Made by a program: the position numbers and the translations under genes
Shown: positions 1 through 8,043 of the stretch, in pieces
How the letters are laid out: each line of letters starts with the position of its first letter
Position numbering within the stretch: the stretch's first letter is position 1
NCBI GenBank assembly: GCA_963923905.1
Contig: CAWUNX010000001.1
Span: forward strand, 1-42,370
Reading direction: 5' to 3'
Origin: an uncultured Methylocucumis sp.
GTDB lineage: Bacteria > Pseudomonadota > Gammaproteobacteria > Methylococcales > Methylomonadaceae
Length of the DNA: 42,370 nt
The notes under the pieces: model-generated
What the model saw: only the letters and a program-made list of their open reading frames with translations
What the model was told of the DNA's origin: nothing
Databases searched by the model: none

Positions 1-40
1 TCTCTGGTCTCGTGGGCTCGGAGATGTGTATAAGAGACAG
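1..40 (+). other. Illumina Nextera adapter contamination (partial i7 index + read-2 transposase adapter + Tn5 mosaic end)
   Basis: 7-40 is exactly GTCTCGTGGGCTCGG-AGATGTGTATAAGAGACAG. Bases 1-6 (TCTCTG) match the end of the i7 index CCTCTCTG (N708, from memory). The 'MYKRQ' start of the first ORF is translated adapter. Confidence 0.98.
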
Positions 41-727
41 CTTCTATACGGCAGTGCTTTTCGTGCGCCGACTTTTGCCGAAATGTATGCCGCCAACAAT
101 CCTGTGTTACTAGGAAATGCTCACCTGAAACCGGAAACTATGGATACACTTGAGCTGGCGTTCGAATATCGGCCTCGCGATCAGTGGCGTTTAGGCTTCA
201 ATTTGTTTTACTACTGGTGGTCGGACATTATTCGTTATGTGCCGGATGCAGGCGAGACAACCATCACTGCTCAAAATGCCGGTCGTCAACAAGGTTACGG
301 CGGTGAGCTCCTAGCCGAATGGCAAGTCGATGAGACCTTAAAACTATCGGGTAATTACGCTTATCAGCGCTCTACTGATCAAATACTAAATCATGATGCC
401 GGCAACGCGCCGCATCATCAACTTTATTTACGTGCCGATTGGCGATTTTTGCCGAATTGGCAGGTAACTCCGCAAATTAGTTGCGTGTTGGGTCGTGATA
501 GAGTGTCGGGTGATTTGCGTCCAGCGGTTGCCGACTATGTCGATGTCGATGTCACGATTCGCCGCAATAACGTAGCGGAGCATTGGGATGTCGCATTTTC
601 AGTACGTAATCTGTTCAATGCCGATATTCGGGAACCTAGTCCATTTGGCGCTACTGCGGCACCTATCCCCAATGACTTTCCGCAAGCGGGTAGGAGCCTG
701 TATGGTGAGATACGGTTTCGCTATTAG
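41..727 (+). CDS. TonB-dependent outer-membrane receptor, C-terminal barrel fragment (5'-truncated by contig end)
   Basis: YGSAFRAPT..E.Y, GNAHLKPET, alternating beta-strands, VRNLFN and terminal GRSLYGEIRFRY ending in an aromatic residue. Confidence 0.93.
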   Translation, partial: LLYGSAFRAPTFAEMYAANNPVLLGNAHLKPETMDTLELAFEYRPRDQWRLGFNLFYYWWSDIIRYVPDAGETTITAQNAGRQQGYGGELLAEWQVDETLKLSGNYAYQRSTDQILNHDAGNAPHHQLYLRADWRFLPNWQVTPQISCVLGRDRVSGDLRPAVADYVDVDVTIRRNNVAEHWDVAFSVRNLFNADIREPSPFGATAAPIPNDFPQAGRSLYGEIRFRY

Positions 728-822
728 CCGGATAATCGCAGGGCGTATAGGATTTTGAGGACGTGGACTGTCGACAGCACAACAAGCTTGCCCACTCCAT
801 TTATTAGAGGAGCTAAATTACA

Positions 823-1770
823 TTGAATCGCTATTTGTTACCTTTGTTGCTAATGCTCTGGGCTAGCTGTTTTATGGCTTACGCAGAGCCGAACGCGCCG
901 ACCATAGCCGTGCTTTATCCTGAAGTTCGCGACCCTTACCGTGCGGTCTTTTTGGAAATCGTTGATGGTATGGAAGCAGAGTTAGATAGAACGGTGACAG
1001 AATACGTGTTAAGCGACGAGCCGGACAAATTGGCCGGTATTATCGCTGACATGAAAGCGGATGGCGTTGACGTCGTCGTTAGCTTAGGACGCGCCGGACT
1101 CGAAGCCTCAAAAACGCTCAGCGAAACGTTTCCAGTCGTGATTGGTGCAGTGATGATTGCTCCGGGGCAAGAAATTCAAGGCGTTGCCGGAATTAGTCTG
1201 GCACCGGACCCGGATGCGTTGTTCGAGCATTTGCAACGCATTGTATCCAATGTTAAAGAAATTACTGTAGTTTTCGAACCCAAGCAGACTGCATGGGAAA
1301 TCGAACATGCGAAGCAAGCTGCCAAATCGCGGGGCTTTTTGCTCAACGCGCTGCCAGCGAATGACATACAACAGTCATCGGCGTTGTACCGGCAGGTATT
1401 GGTCGAAATCAAGGATAATTCGATTGCACTATGGTTGCCCCACGATGGCTTGGCGATGGCCGAACAAGTGCTGTTGCCAGTAGTTTTAAAAGAAGCGTGG
1501 GAAAAAAACTTCGTCGTGTTTTCCAGCAATCTCGAACATGTGCGCAAGGGTGCGTTATTCTCGCTTTACCCTGATAATGTTGGCATGGGGCATAGCTTGG
1601 CGTCGCTGGCTTTACAACAGGCTCGCGCCGATACTGTGAAAACGGCTGGTATCAAGCCGTTACGCGATTTGTTGCTGGCGGTCAACTTACGTACCGCAGA
1701 ACATCTGGGTCTGCGATTTTCCGGCCAGAAACGCCGTGAATTCGGCTTGGTTTTTCCTAGCTCGCAATGA
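823..1770 (+). CDS. Periplasmic substrate-binding protein, ABC_sub_bind-like (PF04392-like)
   Basis: TTG start with AGAGGAG RBS; signal peptide (..MAYA-E); VVSLGRAG, ALWLPHD, HVRKGALFSLYPD..MG and LAVNLRTAEHLGL motifs typical of this family. Confidence 0.8.
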   Translation: MNRYLLPLLLMLWASCFMAYAEPNAPTIAVLYPEVRDPYRAVFLEIVDGMEAELDRTVTEYVLSDEPDKLAGIIADMKADGVDVVVSLGRAGLEASKTLSETFPVVIGAVMIAPGQEIQGVAGISLAPDPDALFEHLQRIVSNVKEITVVFEPKQTAWEIEHAKQAAKSRGFLLNALPANDIQQSSALYRQVLVEIKDNSIALWLPHDGLAMAEQVLLPVVLKEAWEKNFVVFSSNLEHVRKGALFSLYPDNVGMGHSLASLALQQARADTVKTAGIKPLRDLLLAVNLRTAEHLGLRFSGQKRREFGLVFPSSQ

Positions 1771-1777
1771 ACAAGCA

Positions 1778-1938
1778 GGCTACACACTTTAGTAGGGACA
1801 GGGTATTCATCGTGCTGCCGCCAAGCCTACAGGGATGTATGCACGGCGTCCTTGGCAACTGCTCCTGCGTTGCCTTACTACACGCCATCGCTGGCGTTAT
1901 GCACGCTGAATATCTTGTCCCTCCTTACGTTGGTAGCC
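1778..1938. repeat. Nested palindromic intergenic element (MITE/REP-like or structured RNA)
   Basis: 22-nt arms 1794-1815 / 1901-1922 (19/22 complementary), outer GGCTAC/GTAGCC, internal hairpins GCCAAG/CTTGGC, GGCAAC/GTTGCC, ACGCCA/TGGCGT. Confidence 0.75.
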
Positions 1939-1945
1939 AACAAGC

Positions 1946-4900
1946 ATGACCCGCAAAAAGCCTGCTGCTTCTGATCGTAGCGTCAATCAGGACGACAAAA
2001 AGCCCGTTCGAGGCTGGCATAAGCGCGCTAGCTTTATGCAATGGCTGGTTGCGACTTTTTCGATTGGTATCTTCGCTCTATCTTTGCTGTCGTCTTATAC
2101 GCTTTCCCGACTATCGTATCAAATCGTACGGAGCAAGCTGCTCGAACAAGGCTTGCAAGCTACTGGGACGTTTGCCGAGCAGAGCGCCTTGGCGCTGTTG
2201 TATGCAAGCAAGGAAAATGCAGAAAAGCCAGCGCAGACGATCATGGCATTTCCGGACGTCAGCGGTGTGGCGATATACACGCGCGATTACAGCGTGTTGT
2301 TCAGTGCGGGCGAGCCGGTGGCGGTGAAGAGTGATACGTCGTCATGGCCCGATGAGGCGATGTTGCAACAAGAAACGGATGCCGCCTGGTATTTTGTCGC
2401 ACCCGTGGTTGCCTCGAATGGTGCCCAGTACGATACCGAGAGTTCGCCGTTCGAAATCAACCAACCTAAATCCGAATTGCTCGGTTTTGTACGTTTGGCG
2501 ATGAGCAAGCATTCACTGAAAGCGATGGAACGTAATATCCTGCAAACCTCGCTATTAGTATCGGGGCTATTTGCGCTGATTTTTCTGCTCTTTCTAGCTA
2601 TTGCGACGCAACGCCTGACCGGGCCGTTGCGACAATTGGCACTCAGCATGGGACTTGCATCGTCTGGACAAAAAAATGTGCGTGCGCATTTGGTGGGTCC
2701 ACGAGACATCGTAGAAATGGAAGCAGCGTTTAACACGATGATGCAGGTTTTGGAAACGCGTGAGCAACAATTGGAAAGGGCGCGTGATGCAGCATTGGAC
2801 TCAGCACGTTTGAAAGGCGAATTTGCCGCAAACGTCAGCCATGAACTGCGCACTCCGTTAAATGCCGTACTGGGTATGCTGGAATTGCTGCAAGATATGG
2901 GATTATCTTCGAAACAGGCGGACTATGTCGCTATCGCTCGTAATGCGGGTGCAACCTTGTTACAGTTGATAGAAGATATTCTGGACTTTTCGCGCATCGA
3001 AGCGGGGATGATGAAATTACAGCCGGTCGATTTCGTGTTGTATGAAATACTGGACGAAATCGTTGACCTATTGTCTGGTCAAGCGCAACGCAAGCAGCTG
3101 GAACTCCGCTATACTATCGCCAACGAGGTCCCGATGGTGCTGCATGGCGAAGCGTCGCGCTTGCGACAAGTGTTGGTCAATCTTTTAGGCAATGCGCTCA
3201 AATTTACCGAAGAAGGCAGCATCACTATAAAAGTGGAACCCGAGCCGTTTCAGAATGGCTGCATTATGCTGCGTTTCAGCGTCACCGATACCGGTCCAGG
3301 TATTGCGCCGGCAGCGCAAGCCTCAATTTTCGATCCTTTTATGCAAGGCGACAGCTCCAGAACCCGGCACTACGACGGGGCGGGATTGGGGCTAGCGATT
3401 TGTCGGCAGTTGACCCAGTTGATGGGAGGGGCAATCGGTGTCGACAGCGAATTGGGGCGTGGTAGCTCCTTTTGGTTCAAAGTACCGTTCGCGCCAGCGC
3501 AAAATAATCTGCCTTTGTCAGATGCGAAACGCGCGTATTTTTCGCATTTGCGCATTTTGATTGTTACCGATAGCGACAAGATGCGTCAGTTTTTATCGCA
3601 AAACCTAGAAGGCTGGAAAATTTCCTATCGCAGTGTCGGTTACGGCATCAAAGCGCTAGACATGTTGCGTACGGCGGCGCAACAAGGCGAAGCATATCAG
3701 TTCGCGATTATCGATTTGCTGCCAGCGTCTTCTGTCGAACAAGACTGGTTGACTTGGCTACTGCAAGATCCGATGTTGATGACGGTTCGTTTGATTCTGC
3801 TAACCAATCCTGGCCAGCCGGTAGTGCCCGAGCATCTTCAAATAGCGGCACGTTTGAGCAAGCCAATCCAGATTTCAATGTTGTTTGATTGTCTCGTGAG
3901 CTTAGAAAAAGGCTACCAGCAGCCAGATGAGCCCCGCTCGAGTGCGCAGCAAGCGACACGAATGTTTTCAGGCCAGCGTATCTTGATTGTCGAAGATAAT
4001 CGCGCTAGTCAACAAGTTGCTATCGGCATGTTGGAAAGGTTAGGATGCCATTTCGATACCGCCGATACGGGTTTAGACGCTTTGCAAAAACTGGCGTGTT
4101 ATGAATACGATCTGGTATTGATGGATTGCCACATGCCTAAGATGGATGGCTATGAAGCGACGCGACGCATTCGTGCATTACCGGGCGAAACCGCACGCGT
4201 ACCAATTATTGCGATGACGGCCAACGCGCAGCAAGGTGATAGCGATCTTTGCCTGGCGGCAGGGATGGATGACTATCTGACCAAACCGTTAAGGCTAAAC
4301 GACCTGAAACAAAAATTGCAAAGTTGGCTCAAACAAGACGTGCTCGCCAATTGTGGAGCAACGTCGATAGGTGAGCACGTTGAAATAGAGGGCAATGTAC
4401 TCGACGTTCAGGTGCTCAAGCAGTTACATGACGAAATTGGCCATAGCTTTGTCAAAATGCTCAAAGCCTATCTCGAAGACGTACCTATGCAATTGCAATC
4501 GATTCGTGAAGCACTGAATTCAGCTGATAGCAGACAATTGCGCGAGCTTGCGCATAGTTTGAAAGGTGCCAGCCGAAATCTCGGCGCAGAGCGCCTGGCA
4601 GCCACTGCCAAAAAACTCGAGGAACAAGCCCATCACGGTGTTGTGCCAGACGTTGACGCGACAATGCAACATTTGCTTAGGAGCTACGAACCCGTTCGCT
4701 TGGCCCTGGAACGAGAACTGATGCTGATAAGTCAGTCCTGGCCTACCGAACACATGGAGCTGCGTATTTTGATTGTTGATGATGATAGAGCGCTACGCTT
4801 TGCCTTGCACGATGTGCTGGACAAAGACAATTACACTATCGAACAAGCTAATAATGGTATGCAGGCGGTTGTAATGTGCACACGGCAAATGCCTGACCTA

Positions 4901-6454
4901 ATCCTAATGGATGCCATTATGCCGGAAATGGACGGTTTTGACGCTTGCCAAAAAATTCGGACGTGTCCGGGCGGCGCGCAAGTCCCCATTTTGATGATTA
5001 CTGCGCTTGATGATGAGCAGTCCGTGGAACGCGCTTTTGCCGTCGGCGCCAATGACTATATTCCAAAACCGATACATTTCGCTGTGCTGCGCCAGCGGGT
5101 GGCGCGCTTGCTAGAAGCGGGGCGCGTCCAACGCAATTTGAACCGGCTGGCTTATCAAGACAGCTTGACGCATCTTGCCAACCGCACGCAGTTCATGGAA
5201 CAACTGACGCAAGTGGTACACGGTTCTCAACAAGGTAAGCAACACGCGATTCTGTTTCTGGACTTGGATCGCTTCAAATTGGCCAACGATACGCTAGGGC
5301 ACGATGTTGGGGACTTGTTGCTGAAAGCAGCGGCGGAACGTATTCAACACTGCGTGCGCAACGGCGACTTAGTATCGCGTTTCGGCGGGGATGAATTTAC
5401 TCTGTTACTGGAAAACATTTCTTCAGCAAACATCGCGGTGACGGTTGCCGAAAAAATCTGCCGCGCGATTGCTCAACCGTTTACCCTTATGGAGCGAGAG
5501 TTTTATTTGAGCGCTAGCATTGGCATTACGTTTTATCCTAAAGATAGCGAAGACCCCGGTCAATTAATCAAGCAAGCCGATACCGCCATGTATCGCGCTA
5601 AAGAGCACGGTAATACCTACCGTTTTTATGAGTCCAGCATGGAGCAGATACTGTCATCGAAGTTACGGCTGGAAAATGACTTGCGCCGTGCTTTGCAAGG
5701 CAATGATTTGTTTTTGTTGTATCAGCCCCAAGTCAATTTGACGAGTGGGCGTGTTATTGGCACCGAGGCATTGATTCGTTGGCAACATCCTGAGCTGGGC
5801 TTGATTTCACCCGATGTGTTTATTCCCATCGCGGAGGAAGCCGGTTTGATTGATTCGATAGGTGAATGGGTGCTCCGTGAAGCATGCAGGCAAGCCAAAA
5901 TTTGGCAACAACAATGTTTAGGGATTCTTAAAATGGCAGTGAATGTTTCTGCGCGGCAGTTCGAACAGCCAGATTTTGTCGATAAGGTGAGTGCGATACT
6001 GGATGAAAGTGGCTTGTCGGCGGATTCTCTGGAATTGGAATTAACGGAAAGTACCGTCATTAAGGACCCGGAAAAAAGCATTATGATTCTGAATCAGCTC
6101 AAAGGCTTGGGCATTGAAATCTCAATCGATGATTTTGGTACAGGTTATTCGAGTTTGAGCCAACTCAAACATTTCGCCTTCGACAAATTAAAAATTGATA
6201 AGTCGTTTGTCGCCCACATCATGGAGAACAGTGATGACGCGGCAATCGTGCTGACCATCATTTCGATAGCGAAGATCTTGAAATTCAAAGTGATCGCCGA
6301 AGGTGTCGAAACACACGAGCAAGCACGGCACCTGTTCTTGAATGGCTGCGACGAAGTGCAAGGCTATTATTTTGGTTGCCCTATGACCGGCGAACGTATT
6401 GAGGCGCTTGTGCGCGGGTCTACCCTCGCGCCTTCTTTAGCAAAGTTTACTTGA
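1946..6454 (+). CDS. Membrane hybrid histidine kinase fused to diguanylate cyclase/phosphodiesterase: TM-periplasmic sensor-TM-HAMP-HisKA-HATPase-REC-REC-HPt-REC-GGDEF-EAL
   Basis: Two TM helices; H-box SHELRTPLN; N-box NLLGNALKFT; DTGPGI; GAGLGL; REC domains (AIIDL; VEDN..VLMD..TKP; VDDD..ILMD..PKP); HPt LAHSLKGAS; RNGD..RFGGDEF; TEALIRW, DDFGTGYSS, KIDKSF, AEGVE. Confidence 0.95.
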   Translation: MTRKKPAASDRSVNQDDKKPVRGWHKRASFMQWLVATFSIGIFALSLLSSYTLSRLSYQIVRSKLLEQGLQATGTFAEQSALALLYASKENAEKPAQTIMAFPDVSGVAIYTRDYSVLFSAGEPVAVKSDTSSWPDEAMLQQETDAAWYFVAPVVASNGAQYDTESSPFEINQPKSELLGFVRLAMSKHSLKAMERNILQTSLLVSGLFALIFLLFLAIATQRLTGPLRQLALSMGLASSGQKNVRAHLVGPRDIVEMEAAFNTMMQVLETREQQLERARDAALDSARLKGEFAANVSHELRTPLNAVLGMLELLQDMGLSSKQADYVAIARNAGATLLQLIEDILDFSRIEAGMMKLQPVDFVLYEILDEIVDLLSGQAQRKQLELRYTIANEVPMVLHGEASRLRQVLVNLLGNALKFTEEGSITIKVEPEPFQNGCIMLRFSVTDTGPGIAPAAQASIFDPFMQGDSSRTRHYDGAGLGLAICRQLTQLMGGAIGVDSELGRGSSFWFKVPFAPAQNNLPLSDAKRAYFSHLRILIVTDSDKMRQFLSQNLEGWKISYRSVGYGIKALDMLRTAAQQGEAYQFAIIDLLPASSVEQDWLTWLLQDPMLMTVRLILLTNPGQPVVPEHLQIAARLSKPIQISMLFDCLVSLEKGYQQPDEPRSSAQQATRMFSGQRILIVEDNRASQQVAIGMLERLGCHFDTADTGLDALQKLACYEYDLVLMDCHMPKMDGYEATRRIRALPGETARVPIIAMTANAQQGDSDLCLAAGMDDYLTKPLRLNDLKQKLQSWLKQDVLANCGATSIGEHVEIEGNVLDVQVLKQLHDEIGHSFVKMLKAYLEDVPMQLQSIREALNSADSRQLRELAHSLKGASRNLGAERLAATAKKLEEQAHHGVVPDVDATMQHLLRSYEPVRLALERELMLISQSWPTEHMELRILIVDDDRALRFALHDVLDKDNYTIEQANNGMQAVVMCTRQMPDLILMDAIMPEMDGFDACQKIRTCPGGAQVPILMITALDDEQSVERAFAVGANDYIPKPIHFAVLRQRVARLLEAGRVQRNLNRLAYQDSLTHLANRTQFMEQLTQVVHGSQQGKQHAILFLDLDRFKLANDTLGHDVGDLLLKAAAERIQHCVRNGDLVSRFGGDEFTLLLENISSANIAVTVAEKICRAIAQPFTLMEREFYLSASIGITFYPKDSEDPGQLIKQADTAMYRAKEHGNTYRFYESSMEQILSSKLRLENDLRRALQGNDLFLLYQPQVNLTSGRVIGTEALIRWQHPELGLISPDVFIPIAEEAGLIDSIGEWVLREACRQAKIWQQQCLGILKMAVNVSARQFEQPDFVDKVSAILDESGLSADSLELELTESTVIKDPEKSIMILNQLKGLGIEISIDDFGTGYSSLSQLKHFAFDKLKIDKSFVAHIMENSDDAAIVLTIISIAKILKFKVIAEGVETHEQARHLFLNGCDEVQGYYFGCPMTGERIEALVRGSTLAPSLAKFT

Positions 6455-6497
6455 TTTTGTTGTTGTTGTTGAATCGATAGTTTTTTGCTTTGCTCGC

Positions 6498-6539
6498 TTG
6501 ACATTTACTCATTACCTGGAATGTTATTCCAGGTAATGA
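6498..6539 (+). promoter_or_regulatory. Putative sigma70 promoter (-35 TTGACA) overlapped by perfect 14-bp inverted repeat (candidate operator)
   Basis: TTGACA at 6498-6503; TCATTACCTGGAAT-GTT-ATTCCAGGTAATGA at 6509-6539 covers the spacer and -10 region. Could alternatively act as a terminator hairpin. Confidence 0.55.
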
Positions 6540-6564
6540 ACTAACATTGTCTGGAGTAAAAAAT

Positions 6565-6699
6565 ATGAAAAATCAATTAATTATTGTGGTATTAGCAGCT
6601 TTATTACTAAGCGGTTGTGGTGATCAAATATGGTGTGGTGAGAATGGTTGCGGAGCGGTACGCGGGTCTGCTAATACATTTTCATTGCCTTCTTTTTAA
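6565..6699 (+). CDS. Small lipoprotein, 44 aa (MKNQLIIVVLAALLLSGCGDQIWCGENGCGAVRGSANTFSLPSF), absent from the ORF track
   Basis: GGAG RBS at 6553-6556, ATG at 6565, TAA at 6697-6699; basic N-terminus, hydrophobic core, lipobox LSG-C. Confidence 0.75.
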   Translation: MKNQLIIVVLAALLLSGCGDQIWCGENGCGAVRGSANTFSLPSF

Positions 6700-6711
6700 T
6701 CCGTTAACCGC

Positions 6712-7563
6712 TTAGGTCTTGTCAAACGTTAAGATAGAGTAACGGTGAAAATCCAAGCGTGAAACTAAATGTTGAAAACGATAAAGCTTAGTCATTTCTT
6801 TAGCTTCTATGCCAGTCGCATTAATATGTTGCTCTAAGAAGCGATAAGTAGGTAGTGTGCCTTTGGTAATATTAATGTTATTGGTAAGATTAAGACCTGT
6901 GGCGTCGGCTAGCTTTTGGTATTTTGCCAGTGTCATAGGCTCACCGAGTTCGCCGTAGTATTTTTTCATCAAGCCTAAATAAGGCAGGCAAAAACAAGCA
7001 AAAATCAATGAGGTCGCTGAGTTAACTAAAAAATCAGAGATGATTAAGCGACCACCTGGCTTTAATACGCGGCGTATTTGTTGAAAATAACTGCTACGTG
7101 ATGGAAAGTGAAAAATACATTCGACGGCTAAGACATTATCAAAATAGTTGTCTGGGTAGTCTAAATAACAAGCATCGCCTACTTTAAAGGCAAGGCTATT
7201 ACCCGAACCTGGCTTAGCCAAAACGGTAGTCTCAGCGCGCGCGATTTGCCTGGCATCGATATTAACGCCGTGTAGCTCCATGTGTTGATAATGCTCATTC
7301 AGTAACGCGAGTGAGCCACCGAAGCCACAACCGGTATCTAATATCGTTTGGTGATGATTGATGTTCGCGGCTTTAAAATGTTGCAGCGTCATGTTGTCAG
7401 CCGCATTTAAAAAGCTTGCTAGCGTTAGTTCAGCATGTTCTGGTTCTGACCAATAGCCCCAGTGTACATGTTTACTAAACGCTTGCCCTAAGACGGAATC
7501 TTGCTGCATTTGCTCGAACAAGGTATCGAAATAAGGTATGGTGTCATGAGATGGTGATGTCAT
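6712..7563 (-). CDS. Class I SAM-dependent methyltransferase (sterol/tocopherol/polyketide O-methyltransferase-like)
   Basis: HVHWGYW, motif I ILDTGCGFGG, GDA, FDNVLAVECIFHF, RVLKPGGRLIISD. Confidence 0.88.
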   Translation of the reverse strand: MTSPSHDTIPYFDTLFEQMQQDSVLGQAFSKHVHWGYWSEPEHAELTLASFLNAADNMTLQHFKAANINHHQTILDTGCGFGGSLALLNEHYQHMELHGVNIDARQIARAETTVLAKPGSGNSLAFKVGDACYLDYPDNYFDNVLAVECIFHFPSRSSYFQQIRRVLKPGGRLIISDFLVNSATSLIFACFCLPYLGLMKKYYGELGEPMTLAKYQKLADATGLNLTNNINITKGTLPTYRFLEQHINATGIEAKEMTKLYRFQHLVSRLDFHRYSILTFDKT

Positions 7564-7797
7564 CAGCTAAAGTCCGGTAAGCTAAAACGCTGGTCAGTAT
7601 AAGCGAGAATCTGTTTATAACCAAAATACGGTTTCTAACAGCGAATGCACTAACGATGTGTAGTGTGCGTTTACTCTGATAATTTCAGTTGCTACTGTAA
7701 TTCCTTAATGTTAGGTTGATTTAAACAATAACAGCCGCTAATATTTTCACCCCCAAAGCCGTTTTATGTTTAATAAAACTTTACTGTCGAGGTACTC

Positions 7798-8034
7798 ATG
7801 AATAAAACAGCGCCTAAAACTGTTGCTAAATCCAGCACGCCGAGTGCTACTACTCCCGAACCCGATCATGACGATGAAGATCTTTATGATACTAGCGAAT
7901 TTGCTTCGTTAACCGATGGTTTGGAAAAAGAAACCATTAAACGCGATGCACGTAGAAAAATCGAGATTTACTGGGAAAAGAAAATGTTAAGAGAACAATT
8001 TGACGATTTCGACGAATCAGAATTTGGCTTTTAA
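7798..8034 (+). CDS. Small acidic protein, PA3496/DUF3545-like
   Basis: GAGG RBS; disordered acidic N-terminus; C-terminal ARRKIEIYWEKKMLREQFDDF helix resembles this family (recognised from memory). Confidence 0.6.
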   Translation: MNKTAPKTVAKSSTPSATTPEPDHDDEDLYDTSEFASLTDGLEKETIKRDARRKIEIYWEKKMLREQFDDFDESEFGF

Positions 8035-8043
8035 TGTGCCCAA

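Noticed and set aside
22-40. Tn5/IS50 mosaic end as a genuine transposon terminus
   Set aside because: It is preceded by the Nextera-specific GTCTCGTGGGCTCGG and index bases at the contig edge, and no transposase is present: library artefact.
1767-1949. 60-aa ORF bridging the binding-protein and kinase genes
   Set aside because: It coincides with the palindromic element and has no recognisable protein features. Its 4-nt overlaps at both ends mean a coupling role cannot be fully excluded.
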